Shown here piece by piece: positions 36,499-46,035 of a DNA stretch of 64,000 nt. The stretch is from NCBI GenBank assembly GCA_020831775.1, contig JAFIFZ010000031.1:449-64448 (forward strand), written 5' to 3'. Position 1 is the stretch's first letter. Each line of letters begins with the position of its first letter. A model generated the notes under the pieces. The model searched no databases. It was not told where the DNA came from and worked only from the letters and a program-made list of their open reading frames with translations. Position numbers and translations under genes: made by a program. Origin of the DNA: Phycisphaerales bacterium (GTDB taxonomy: Bacteria > Planctomycetota > Phycisphaerae > Phycisphaerales > UBA1924).

Positions 36499-38565
36499 TC
36501 ACTGATCGGTGTCATCCTGAATGAAGATGTCCGCCGCCGAGGTCCGCTCCTGGAGCATGTAGACCGAATCGACAAGGTCCGGTCTGTCGGTGACGTACAC
36601 CCTTGTGCTGTTCATGATGTCTGCGAGGGTGTCGAACCAGCGGATCGCCATGAACAGGCCCGGGTTGGCCTTGAAGCCGGCGAGCTCGCCCTCGTACTGA
36701 TCCCGCAGCGCTCTGTCTGACATGTGCCTCGTCCAGCGTTCGGCCCTGGCCCTCGCCAGGAGGCGCGAAGCCTCGCCGCCACGCGCCAGCGCCTGCTCGA
36801 GCTCGATGGTCACATCGAGAATTTCCTGGTCCGAAGCTCTCGCCTCGCGGAGGAGTTCGAGCTGATCGAGCAGCTCGATCGCCCGCTCGGCGTCGCGTTC
36901 TGAGCCCGCCGCCTCGGTCAATTCGCGGATCGCCCGGCCTCGCGAGCGGCTGTACAGCGACTCGTTCTTGGCCTCCTGCACGATCACATTCTCGAAGGCG
37001 GTCGCGGCTCGACGGGGCGGGTGGACGCCCTGGTACCCGACGAACGCGACGCGGACGCCGGCGTTCTGACCGCTCGTGCCGACGGCGTCGAGCGAGCCCG
37101 AGAGCCTCGACGCGAGCTCCTTGCGGATATCGGACCGCACCTCGCCCAGCGCTTCGTCGAGCGTGATGGTCGAGAGGTAGAGCATGACCTCGCGCCTGCC
37201 GATCGCCTTGATGATCTCCTCGCGATGCTCGGGGGTAGCGAGCTGCTCGAAGGAGAGCACATCGTCGATCACATAGTGCAGGGGGACTTCCGCCGCGATG
37301 AGGCCGAAGTCGGCGAGCTCATCCTCGCCCCCCGTGCCCTCGTCGGCCCTGACGATGGTGAAGACCTCTTCGGCCGCGTGCTCGTTGGTCCAGAGGATCG
37401 GCTGGTGGGGCGAGGTGACCGGGGGTGTCGACAGCTGCACAACGCGGATGCCCGTCGCGGTGCGGATGCGGGCGACGATGTTGCCCCGCTCGTCGCGGTT
37501 GATGAACTCGGGAACAACAACGCGGTCCATCGGCCAGGGCAGCTTGAAGCGCAGGCCCGGCTCGACGATCGCGGCCTGACGACCGAACCGCTCCAGCACG
37601 CCCACCTGGTGGGGCTGCACCACAGCGACGGAGGTCAGCAGCCAGCCGACAAGCAGCCCGAAGAGCACCAGCGTGCCGACCCACCGGCTGAACAGCTTGT
37701 AGAACCAACTGCTGGTGATGTCGGTGCCGAACTGGTAGTTGATCGCGTCGCCGATCGACTGGGCCACCCTGTCGGGAGCGGCGATCAGGCCGAGCATCCG
37801 CGAGTCGAACGCCGGACGCGGGTGCTCGTCGACCTTCCGGGGGCGGTAGATCTCAAGCAGCAGGTTCAGCAGCGTCTCGACGCCCAGCAGGATCATCACC
37901 AGCGGGAGGACGACGGTCAGATAACGGAGCAGCGTGTCGGGACCGGCGATCTTGAAGAAGTGCCCGACCGCGATGAGCGCGCCGAAGACCGCGACGCCCA
38001 CCGCCGCCGATGCGCCGGCGTTCAGGTTCACCCAGACCTTCTGCTTGCCCATCCCCGAGCAGAAGCGGGCGAAGATGAACCCGATCACGGTCGCCGAAAG
38101 CGAGACGAACAGGGCGAAGAAGGTGTCGACGGCGAATTCTCTGTCCAGGTCGCCGATCAGCTCCCGCCCCGCGTTGAAGCGGACGACGCCGACGGTCACC
38201 ATCGCCCCGCCGACGATCAGCCCCATCACGGGCAGGAAGAAGCGGTACAGCGCCCGCAGACGCCTGGCGGCCACGCGGAGCTCGTCGCCCGACTGCTCGA
38301 AGACGCTGGAGGCCGACGCCCCCGACGACTCCATCGCCTCGGCCTCGAAGGCCTCGACCCGCTCGCGTCGGTGCTGGTCGAAGAGGATGATGAGCGTCAG
38401 CCACGAGACCAGGCCGATGGCGGCGTAGATCGAAGCGGTGATCGCTGCGTGGTCGTTCGCGAAGGTGCCGTAGAACACCAAGAGCACCGCCATCACAAGC
38501 TGGATGGCGATACCGATGATGCTGATGTTCAGCGCCCGACGGTAACTGGAGAAGTCTGGTTTCAT
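36499..38565 (-). CDS. Polytopic membrane domain fused to an SPFH/band-7 domain (first gene of the operon)
   Basis: The N-terminal 330 aa or so contain about 7-8 hydrophobic helices, followed by VVQPHQVGVLERFGRQAAIVEPGLRFKLPWPMDRVV (SPFH core) and a long helical C-terminus. I chose the start at ATG 38563..38565 (MKPDFSSYRR). Confidence 0.75.
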   Translation of the reverse strand: MKPDFSSYRRALNISIIGIAIQLVMAVLLVFYGTFANDHAAITASIYAAIGLVSWLTLIILFDQHRRERVEAFEAEAMESSGASASSVFEQSGDELRVAARRLRALYRFFLPVMGLIVGGAMVTVGVVRFNAGRELIGDLDREFAVDTFFALFVSLSATVIGFIFARFCSGMGKQKVWVNLNAGASAAVGVAVFGALIAVGHFFKIAGPDTLLRYLTVVLPLVMILLGVETLLNLLLEIYRPRKVDEHPRPAFDSRMLGLIAAPDRVAQSIGDAINYQFGTDITSSWFYKLFSRWVGTLVLFGLLVGWLLTSVAVVQPHQVGVLERFGRQAAIVEPGLRFKLPWPMDRVVVPEFINRDERGNIVARIRTATGIRVVQLSTPPVTSPHQPILWTNEHAAEEVFTIVRADEGTGGEDELADFGLIAAEVPLHYVIDDVLSFEQLATPEHREEIIKAIGRREVMLYLSTITLDEALGEVRSDIRKELASRLSGSLDAVGTSGQNAGVRVAFVGYQGVHPPRRAATAFENVIVQEAKNESLYSRSRGRAIRELTEAAGSERDAERAIELLDQLELLREARASDQEILDVTIELEQALARGGEASRLLARARAERWTRHMSDRALRDQYEGELAGFKANPGLFMAIRWFDTLADIMNSTRVYVTDRPDLVDSVYMLQERTSAADIFIQDDTDQ

Positions 38566-38950
38566 GCCGCGACGGCTCCCGGAGAGACCCCGAACCGCTG
38601 TTCCTGCTTCCAACCCATGCCCTCGAGCGGTGTGCTACACACCGCGGGGCGCCGAGACCCGACGCCCGCCGCCGAGGGGCGGGATTGTCTCGGGTGATGG
38701 GGCACTTGTCCACCCGCCGAAGCGGAAGGAACGCCCCGAAACCCGAAGATCCCCAGAACAGGGCTCGCCAGCACGGGCGCGTCACTCGACGGCCCGCAGC
38801 GGAAAACACCTCCCCTGCGGAGATCCACCGAGATACGCTTGGCGCGAACCCGAGTTCAGTGGCGGCGTAAAATTCCGGCCACCAACCCAGGGCCGATCGG
38901 CCAAGGGACATGTCAACGATCGCGAAGCCCCCAACCGGAAGCCTTCCCTG

Positions 38951-40303
38951 ATGCCATTCGCTCAGGTCATCGCCATCGCCAGAACGACCTTCGTCGAGGC
39001 GATCCGACAGCCCATCTACTTTTTTCTGATCGCGCTGTGCGGGGTCATCCAGATTTTCAACACCTGGGGCACCAACTTCAGCATGGCCTACAGCACCTCC
39101 GCGGAGGTCTCCGCCGACGACCAGCTCCTGCTGGACATCGGGATGGGGACGATCTTCGGGTGCGGCGTCCTGCTGGCGGCGTTCATCGCCACCGCGACCA
39201 TCAGCCGCGAGATCGAGAACAAAACCGCCCTGACCGTCATCAGCAAGCCCGTCGGGCGGGCGACCGTCGTGATCGGCAAGTACATCGGCGTGACCGGCGC
39301 GATCATCATGGCGACCGCCGTCATGCTGATCTTCCTCCTGCTGAGCCTCCGCCACGGGGTGCTGAGCACCGCCGCGGACGACCCCGACCAGCCGGTGATC
39401 CTCTTCTCGTTCGCCGCGGCGTTGCTGACTTTGGGGCTGGCGGCGTGGTGCAACTACTTCTACGGATGGTCGTTCACGCAGGTCGCCTCGACCCTGGTCC
39501 TCCCCACCTTCCTCCTGGCCTACCTCGGGGTGCTGGTCTTCAGCAAGCAGTGGCGCACCCAGCCGCTGGGCACGGACTTCATGCCCGCGGTCACACTCGC
39601 GTGCGGGGTGCTGGCTCTGGCGATCCTGGTGCTGACCGCCGTCGCGGTGGCGGTCTCGACCCGGCTGGGGCAGGTGATGACGATCGTCGTCTGCGCCGGC
39701 CTCTTCCTCTTCGGGCTCCTCGCCAACCACCTCGTCGGGCGCGGCGCGATGGACAACAAGGTCATCGCCTACATCCAGTCGGTCGAGTCGGTCGACCTGG
39801 CAGACCAGTCCTTCTCGCGGCCGGGGCAGCGGTACACCGTCGTGCTCGACGGGCCGCCCAACGAGGACATCCTCCCCGGCGCCTCGTTCTACTACGGCGA
39901 GAATCCGAACGGATTCCGCCTGGCCGTCCCCCCCTTCGCCCCGTTCGAGGGTGACCCCGAGGGCGATGTGCTGGGGCGGGATGTCGAGCCGGCGGTCATC
40001 GTCACCGGGGTAGACGGGCTGACGATCCAGATCCGCCACATCGGTGGACGCCCGCTGAATGTCCGGCGTCCCCCGATGGTCAACGACGCGGTCTTCCTCC
40101 GCCCGACGGAGTACAACCCGGTGCTGCTGTCGGCCTGGGTGCTGACCCCGAACATGCAGTTTTTCTGGCTGATGGACGCGATCGCGCAGAACCGTGCGAT
40201 CCCCGCGGGCCATGTCGCGATGGTGATGATCTACGCCGGCCTGCTGATCATCGCCTTCCTGGCCCTGGGCGTGGCGTTCTTCCAGCGGCGCGATGTCGGG
40301 TGA
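38951..40303 (+). CDS. ABC-2/NosY-like permease-type membrane protein with a large loop, divergent from the SPFH operon
   Basis: It starts MPFAQVIAIARTTFVEAIRQPIYFFLIALCGVIQIF, a typical ABC-2 permease N-terminus. There are six or more hydrophobic helices and a soluble insert of about 130 aa before the last TM. The start is ATG 38951. Confidence 0.65.
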   Translation: MPFAQVIAIARTTFVEAIRQPIYFFLIALCGVIQIFNTWGTNFSMAYSTSAEVSADDQLLLDIGMGTIFGCGVLLAAFIATATISREIENKTALTVISKPVGRATVVIGKYIGVTGAIIMATAVMLIFLLLSLRHGVLSTAADDPDQPVILFSFAAALLTLGLAAWCNYFYGWSFTQVASTLVLPTFLLAYLGVLVFSKQWRTQPLGTDFMPAVTLACGVLALAILVLTAVAVAVSTRLGQVMTIVVCAGLFLFGLLANHLVGRGAMDNKVIAYIQSVESVDLADQSFSRPGQRYTVVLDGPPNEDILPGASFYYGENPNGFRLAVPPFAPFEGDPEGDVLGRDVEPAVIVTGVDGLTIQIRHIGGRPLNVRRPPMVNDAVFLRPTEYNPVLLSAWVLTPNMQFFWLMDAIAQNRAIPAGHVAMVMIYAGLLIIAFLALGVAFFQRRDVG

Positions 40304-40502
40304 CGCTTCCCTGCGTCCGGAAACTTTCCGGGGGTGGCTTCGGGAATGACGAACACCTCCCGGCGTGTTAGCATAGAAACAAGAGCGGAGCATCCGACGT
40401 TCGTCGGAGCCGCTCGGGCAGTTCCGGCCGGACCCTGCGGGGGTTCGGGGGTTTTTAAGCAGATGCGGGCCGTGTCCGCGGCAGCTAATCGGAGATATCG
40501 AC

Positions 40503-40745
40503 ATGGCTTCGAAGAACGACAAGATCAAGATCGGTTTCGCCATCGCGGCCCTCGTGGTCGCTGGCGTCGTGCTCGCGATGTACTTCGGCGTGATCGGCGG
40601 CGATCCCGAGCCGACATTGGATCCGGGTTACCAGGAGATGATGAGAGACGCCGATGAGCACGAGCAGACCGAGGAGTTCCAGCAGCAGCAGCGGCGGCTC
40701 GAGCAGGACATCGAGGCCGGGCGCGTCATCGAAGCCGGCGCCTGA
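40503..40745 (+). CDS. Small single-pass membrane protein with an acidic/Gln-rich tail
   Basis: An 80 aa ORF: MASKNDKIKIGFAIAALVVAGVVLAMYFGVIGG, then EHEQTEEFQQQQRRLEQD. It is followed by a strong hairpin terminator. Confidence 0.5.
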   Translation: MASKNDKIKIGFAIAALVVAGVVLAMYFGVIGGDPEPTLDPGYQEMMRDADEHEQTEEFQQQQRRLEQDIEAGRVIEAGA

Positions 40746-40794
40746 GTCTCCGTGATGCCAGGGTCGCTCGCGGCCCGCGCACACCCAATCAACG

Positions 40795-40834
40795 CGGGGC
40801 CGCGCTCACCAGAGCGCGGCCCCGTTGTGTTTTC
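40795..40834. terminator. Bidirectional-looking intrinsic terminator between convergent genes
   Basis: A perfect 13 bp stem cggggccgcgctc/gagcgcggccccg with loop acca, followed on the plus strand by ttgtgttttc. Confidence 0.6.
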
Positions 40835-40867
40835 AGTCACGGTGTATCCGTCGTGATCACGCCGGGC

Positions 40868-42298
40868 TCAGGCGTGAGAGATCGCCCGCTCGTAGACCCT
40901 GGCGACCTTCTCGGCCGAGCGGTCCCAGGTCAGGCTCTTCAGTTCAAAGACGCCGTGCTGACGCAGCGTCTTGCTGAGCGGCGGGTACTTGAGCACCGCG
41001 ACGATCTTGTTGGCCATCTCGTCGGTGTCCCAGAAGTCGACCTTCAGCGCGTGCTGGAGCACCTCGGCGACGCCGGACTGCTTGGAGATGATCACGGGCG
41101 TGTCGTGGCTCATCGCCTCCAGGGGCGCGATGCCGAAAGGCTCTGAAACGCTGGGCATCACATAGCAATCGGCCATGCGGAAGACACGCGCGACATCGCG
41201 CCCGCGAAGGAAGCCCGTAAAGAGCACCTTCGAGCCGATGCCCAGGCCCGCGGCCTGCTCGATCATCCGCATCGCCATGTCGCCCGAGCCGGCGACGACG
41301 AACTTAACATTCTCGACCTTCTCAAGAACGCGCTTGGCGGCGCGGATGAAGTACTCCGGCCCCTTCTGCATCGTGATCCGCCCGAGGAAGAGCACGATCT
41401 TGTCGTCCGAGCCGATCTGCGCGCCCGGCTCGGGCTGGTTGTGGTCCTGCTCGACGCCGTTGTAAACGACATCGATCTTCTGCTCCGGCACGCCGTAACG
41501 CCGCATGCAGATCGAACGCGTCAGCATCGAGACGGCGATGAGGCGGTCGCAGGCGTGCATGCCCATCCGCTCGATGTCGTAGACGGGCTGGTTGACCGCA
41601 TCGCCCGAGCGGTCGAACTCCGTCGCGTGGATGTGGCAGACCAGAGGCTTGCCCGTCAGGCGCCGGATCGCCACCCCCGCGGGGTAGGTCAGCCAGTCAT
41701 GGGCGTGGACGACATCGAACTCGATGCCCGAGGCGATGGCCGCGGCGATCCTCGCGTAGCGGTAAGCGTCGGCGAACAGATCACGCCCGTAGTCCCCGAA
41801 CCCCTCGCCGAGCTGATCGACCTCGTCAGAGAGAGAGCCCGAAGGCGCGATGCCCAACTCCTTGAGCGCCTCGATCGCACCGGGGTCGTTTTTCTGAGCC
41901 CGGGCCATCAGGCCGGCGACGGTCTCGTAGGTGACGCCTTCTGGCAGGTTCAGCCCGCCGTCGGGGTAGGGGCTGGAAAAGTTGGCGGGCACCTCGAAGA
42001 ACTCGGTCTTGGCCAGGTCGCTCCGGTTGCTCTCCTCGGCGATGGCCTTGGCCGCCGCCCCCGGCCCGGCTTGGGCCGCTCTCTCGACGCCGAGGGGGTC
42101 GGGCGAGCCCTTCCGCTTGAGCAGGGAGGGGCTCAGCAGGGTGACATGGGTGGTCTCGGGGGCCTCGACCGGCTTGGGCAGCAGGAAGTAGACCTTGTGG
42201 CCCTGGCGATCCAGAGCGCGCGTGAGGCCGTGGCACGCCGTGCCCAGCCCGCCCGAGATGAACGGCGGGAACTCCCAGCCGAGCATCAGAATCCGCAT
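40868..42298 (-). CDS. GT-B fold glycosyltransferase, glycogen/starch-synthase-like (GT4/GT5)
   Basis: It starts MRILMLGWEFPPFISGGLGTACHGLTRAL and contains HAHDWLT, GRITMQKGPEYF and PSVSEPFGIAPLEAM. The start is ATG 42296..42298. The upstream track extension was discarded. Confidence 0.85.
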   Translation of the reverse strand: MRILMLGWEFPPFISGGLGTACHGLTRALDRQGHKVYFLLPKPVEAPETTHVTLLSPSLLKRKGSPDPLGVERAAQAGPGAAAKAIAEESNRSDLAKTEFFEVPANFSSPYPDGGLNLPEGVTYETVAGLMARAQKNDPGAIEALKELGIAPSGSLSDEVDQLGEGFGDYGRDLFADAYRYARIAAAIASGIEFDVVHAHDWLTYPAGVAIRRLTGKPLVCHIHATEFDRSGDAVNQPVYDIERMGMHACDRLIAVSMLTRSICMRRYGVPEQKIDVVYNGVEQDHNQPEPGAQIGSDDKIVLFLGRITMQKGPEYFIRAAKRVLEKVENVKFVVAGSGDMAMRMIEQAAGLGIGSKVLFTGFLRGRDVARVFRMADCYVMPSVSEPFGIAPLEAMSHDTPVIISKQSGVAEVLQHALKVDFWDTDEMANKIVAVLKYPPLSKTLRQHGVFELKSLTWDRSAEKVARVYERAISHA

Positions 42299-42511
42299 AG
42301 CACCTGCCTCTTCCGACGCCGGCCATCGCCGGCGATCACTCTGCAGCCTGACCACCTCCGCGGGACCGAGGGTCCGGCGCCCGCGAGGGCCAACGATAGA
42401 ACTGTTTCCGGACTCTCGCGCGCCGAACCCCGGCTCGGTCGAACGGTTCGACTTCTCGGCTCCGCCCGTTACAATCCCCACCCCCGAGCCCAGAGCGGGC
42501 GAGGCGGTCAT

Positions 42512-42595
42512 GCCCAGGTGGCGGAATTGGCAGACGCGCTACCTTGAGGTGGTAGTCCGGGCAACCGGGTGGAGGTTCGAGTCCTCTCCTGGGCA
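42512..42595 (+). tRNA. tRNA-Leu (anticodon GAG), class II with long variable arm
   Basis: A cloverleaf was folded by hand: acceptor gcccagg/cctgggc, anticodon stem ctacc/ggtag with loop ttGAGgt, variable arm tccgggcaaccgggt, and T arm ggagg-ttcgagt-cctct. It is 84 nt with no encoded CCA. Confidence 0.9.
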
Positions 42596-42619
42596 TTTGG
42601 TGGCCGAAAGGCCCTCGTC

Positions 42620-42651
42620 GCAACGCCCCTCTCGGGGCGTTGCCGGTTTTT
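42620..42651 (+). terminator. Intrinsic terminator after tRNA-Leu
   Basis: A perfect 10 bp stem gcaacgcccc/ggggcgttgc with loop tctc, followed by cggttttt. Confidence 0.6.
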
Positions 42652-42712
42652 GGGACAAGCCCGAAAAATCTCGGACGCAACGCCCCGGCCCGGACCCGTT
42701 AGATTCCTGACA

Positions 42713-44713
42713 GTGCTTCTGAACGCTCGCACAATCAGGAGGGCCCTCGTCGCCTGCATGCTGACCATCGGCGTCGCGGCGACCGCCTCGCCCCCCGAGC
42801 GGGAGCTGATCCCGCGCAAAGTCTTTTTCGGAAACCCCGACCGCGCCGCGGTCCGCCTCAGCCCCGACGGCCAGTGGATCAGCTTCCACGCCCCCTGGGA
42901 GGGTGTCCTGAATGTCTGGATCGCCCCGGCCGACAAGCCCCACGAGGCCCGCCCGCTCACGACCGAGCGGCGAGACCCGATCACCCGATCGTCGTGGTCG
43001 TACTGCTCGCGCCGGGTGCTCTACCTGCGCGACAACCGGGGCGACGAGAACTGGCGGCTGTACGCCGCGGACATCGAGAACGGCCGCCAGCTCGCCCTGA
43101 CCCCCGGGGCGAATGTGCAGGCCCAGCTGCTTCACCAGAGCCCCTCGACGCCGACGAGCGTGATCGTGGGCCTGAACGACCGCGACCCTCGCCTGCACGA
43201 TCTCTACCGCGTCGATGTCGAATCGGGCGAACTCGAGCTCGTGCACCTCTGCCCGCCCGGGGTCATCGGCTGGGTCTTCGACGAAAGCGGCTCGCCCCGA
43301 CTGGCCCGCAGGATGGGCGACGACGGCTCGGTCGAACTGCTCCGCCTCAACGACGCCGGGCGTTTGCGCCGGTTCCTCACGGTCCCCCCAGACGATGTGC
43401 TGACCACAGGACCGGTGGCGCTCGTCGGCGACCGGCGGCTGATCATGCGCGACAGCCGCGGGCGCGACACCTCGGCGCTCGTCGCGATCGATGTGCGCCA
43501 GCGCGGGGCCGAGCCGGAGGTGCTCGCGCACGACCCCGACGCCGACGCCTCGGAGGTGCTGCTGCACCCGCAAACACGCGAGCCCCAGGCGGCGAGCTTC
43601 GAACACCTCCGGACACGCTGGCAGAGCGTCGATCCCTCGATCGAGGCGGACCTCCGCGCGATCCGCACGCTCTCGGGAGGTGAGCCGACGGTGACCGGTC
43701 GCTCGCTGGACGACGCCCGCTGGCTGGTCGCGTTCCGGCACGCCGACGCCCCGACGCGCTATTACCTGATGCAGCGTGACGACGCGGGCCGGCGCTCCGC
43801 CCGCTACCTCTTCGCCCACCGCGACGACCTCGACGGGCTCGCCCTGGCGCCGATGCATCCGGTGGTGATCCCCTCGCGCGACGGGCTGACGCTCCCCTCG
43901 TACCTGACGCTCCCCCCCCACCACGACAACGCCTCGGGCCCGCCGCCGATGGTGCTCTTGGTGCACGGCGGCCCATGGTCGCGCGACCGCTGGGGCTTCA
44001 ACCCGCTGCACCAGCTCCTGGCCGACCGGGGGTACGCCGTGCTGAGCGTGAACTTCCGGGGTTCGACCGGCTTCGGCAAGGCGTTCGTGAACGCGGGCAA
44101 CCGCCAGTGGGGCGCCGCGATGCAGGACGACCTGCTCGACTCGGTCGAATGGGCGGTCGAGCAAGGGCACGCCGACGCCGACCGCGTCGCGATCATGGGG
44201 GCGAGTTACGGGGGGTACGCGGCGCTCAGCGGTCTCGCCTTCACGCCCGACACCTTCGCCTGCGGGATCTCGCTGGTCGGCCCGAGCAATCTGGTGACCC
44301 TGCTGGAGTCGATCCCCCCCTACTGGCAGCCCCTGCGGGCGCTCTGGCGTGAGCGCGTGGGCGATGTCGAGAGCGAACAGGGACGAAAGCGTCTGCTGGA
44401 GCGTTCGCCGATCAGCCGCGTCGACGACATCTCGCGCCCGCTCCTGCTCGTGCACGGGGCGAACGACCCGCGCGTGAACCGGTCCGAGAGCGACCGCATC
44501 GCCGAAGCGCTCGCCGGACGGGAGGTCGAGGTGACCTACCTGCTCTTCCCCAACGAGGGGCACGGGCTGCGCACCCCCGAAAACATGCTCGCCTTCATCG
44601 CCTGTGCCGAGGCCTTTCTCGCCCGCCACTTGGGGGGAAGAGCCGAGCCGATCAGAGGGGCGGTCCGAGAGGCCTCCGTCGAGGTGCTCCGCGGCGCCTG
44701 CTGCCCGGACTGA
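42713..44713 (+). CDS. S9-family serine peptidase (prolyl oligopeptidase / acylaminoacyl-peptidase-like, beta-propeller plus alpha/beta hydrolase)
   Basis: The C-terminal catalytic domain has GASYGGY (nucleophile elbow), VHGANDPRV and NEGHG. The N-terminal propeller region is present. The probable GTG start at 42713 gives a signal-like LLNARTIRRALVACMLTIGVAATA; the alternative is ATG 42758. Confidence 0.85.
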   Translation: MLLNARTIRRALVACMLTIGVAATASPPERELIPRKVFFGNPDRAAVRLSPDGQWISFHAPWEGVLNVWIAPADKPHEARPLTTERRDPITRSSWSYCSRRVLYLRDNRGDENWRLYAADIENGRQLALTPGANVQAQLLHQSPSTPTSVIVGLNDRDPRLHDLYRVDVESGELELVHLCPPGVIGWVFDESGSPRLARRMGDDGSVELLRLNDAGRLRRFLTVPPDDVLTTGPVALVGDRRLIMRDSRGRDTSALVAIDVRQRGAEPEVLAHDPDADASEVLLHPQTREPQAASFEHLRTRWQSVDPSIEADLRAIRTLSGGEPTVTGRSLDDARWLVAFRHADAPTRYYLMQRDDAGRRSARYLFAHRDDLDGLALAPMHPVVIPSRDGLTLPSYLTLPPHHDNASGPPPMVLLVHGGPWSRDRWGFNPLHQLLADRGYAVLSVNFRGSTGFGKAFVNAGNRQWGAAMQDDLLDSVEWAVEQGHADADRVAIMGASYGGYAALSGLAFTPDTFACGISLVGPSNLVTLLESIPPYWQPLRALWRERVGDVESEQGRKRLLERSPISRVDDISRPLLLVHGANDPRVNRSESDRIAEALAGREVEVTYLLFPNEGHGLRTPENMLAFIACAEAFLARHLGGRAEPIRGAVREASVEVLRGACCPD

Positions 44714-44797
44714 AACGGAGATACGCCGCACGCTCATGCCGCCCCGGTGGAACCACCGGGAAACCGGCCCGCCGCGCGCCGCCCCGTGCGTATTCGT

Positions 44798-44824
44798 TAA
44801 GAGGCGCCCCTTGATCGCCGATCC
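44798..44824 (+). promoter_or_regulatory. Candidate sigma-28 (FliA)-type promoter upstream of the che operon
   Basis: TAAG-N15-GCCGATCC compared with the enterobacterial consensus TAAA-N15-GCCGATAA. It ends 73 nt upstream of the cheB start. Confidence 0.25.
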
Positions 44825-44896
44825 TCCCAGCGATCCGCCCGCCGCTTTTCGGACCGGGCGGGCAGCTTCCTTTGGTGCGGGGGGAATCGAGCCGGC

Positions 44897-45928
44897 GTGC
44901 GTGTGCTCATCGTCGACAGCTCGGCGTTCGTCAGACAGGCCGTCGCCCGCATGCTCTCTGAGCCCGGGAAGGCGACCGTCTGCGGGTACGCCTCGGACCC
45001 GGCAACGGCTTTGGGGCTGACGACGACGCTCCGCCCCGATGCGATCGTGACGCTCGGCTCGCCCCCGGATCTCTCGCAGCTCGACGCGATGTCCGCGACG
45101 AGCCCGGAACGCACTCGCCCCCCGGTCTGCGTTTTTGTCTGGACTGGTGACCGGCCCCACCGCGACGCGCTCTTCCAGATGCGCAGGGCCAAGGCGGGCT
45201 GGCTGCAGGCGGACCCCGCCAAGCTCCGGGCCGCGGACCCCGAGACCGGCGCCAAGCTGCTCGCCGAGATCTCGCGTCTGTTGCCGCCCAATGTCGCGCA
45301 CGGCAGCGGCTTTCGCCTCGACCACCCGAACCGCATCCGCCTGGTGCTCGTCGGCTCCTCGACCGGCGGGCCGGTGGCGCTGGAAGAGTTTCTGAGCGTC
45401 ATGCCGAGCGACCTTGGCGTGCCGATGGTGATCGCCCAGCACATGCCCCCGCTGTTTACCAAGGGGCTCGGCGAGCGTCTGGGCGCGCGCTGCCCGCTCG
45501 ATGTCGAGCATGTGACCCGCAGCGCCGTGCTCAATCCTCGGACCGTCTACATCATCCAGGGGGGCAAGCACGGACGCATCGGCTCGGGCCAGCGCGGCAT
45601 GGTGCTCAACATCAGCGAAGAGCCCACCGAAGCGCCGTACAAGCCCAGCGTCGACATCCTCTTCGCCAGCGCCGCAAGGACCGTCGGACGCGCCTGCCTC
45701 GGCGTCGTGCTCACCGGCATGGGCGAGGACGGCGCCAAGGGCGCGAAGGATCTCACCGACCTGGGCGCACAGATCATCGTGCAGCACGAAAAGGGGTGCG
45801 CCGTCTACGGCATGCCCCGCGCTGTCGCCTCGCGCGGGATGGCCGCCTTTGAGGGTTCACCCCGAGAACTGGGGCAGGTCGTCGCGTCGGTCAGACCCGG
45901 GGCCGGTGCGTTGCGGTCGGCTTCGTGA
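44897..45928 (+). CDS. cheB: Chemotaxis response regulator protein-glutamate methylesterase CheB
   Basis: An N-terminal receiver (RVLIVDSSAFVRQ...), then the methylesterase domain: LVLVGSSTGGPVAL, MVIAQHMP, GVVLTGMGEDGA, QHEKGCAVYGMP. The start is GTG. Confidence 0.9.
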   Translation: MRVLIVDSSAFVRQAVARMLSEPGKATVCGYASDPATALGLTTTLRPDAIVTLGSPPDLSQLDAMSATSPERTRPPVCVFVWTGDRPHRDALFQMRRAKAGWLQADPAKLRAADPETGAKLLAEISRLLPPNVAHGSGFRLDHPNRIRLVLVGSSTGGPVALEEFLSVMPSDLGVPMVIAQHMPPLFTKGLGERLGARCPLDVEHVTRSAVLNPRTVYIIQGGKHGRIGSGQRGMVLNISEEPTEAPYKPSVDILFASAARTVGRACLGVVLTGMGEDGAKGAKDLTDLGAQIIVQHEKGCAVYGMPRAVASRGMAAFEGSPRELGQVVASVRPGAGALRSAS

Positions 45929-46035
45929 TCCTTGTGCACGAAGTTCGCCCCCGGCCCGTCAAGGCGGACGCTCGCGGGGTCGATAGCCAGCAGTCGACGG
46001 GGGCCGCGCCGGCCGTCCGTACGGAGAATCGAACC

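Noticed and set aside
40334-40657. A 107 aa plus-strand ORF overlapping the small membrane protein gene.
   Set aside because: It is Arg-rich shadow sequence. The overlapping frame at 40503..40745 has a clean TM helix, a plausible start context and a terminator.
44740-44755. The ccggtggaaccaccgg hairpin after the S9 peptidase gene, as a possible terminator.
   Set aside because: The loop would be only 2 nt and no U-tract follows, so it is unlikely to function as an intrinsic terminator.
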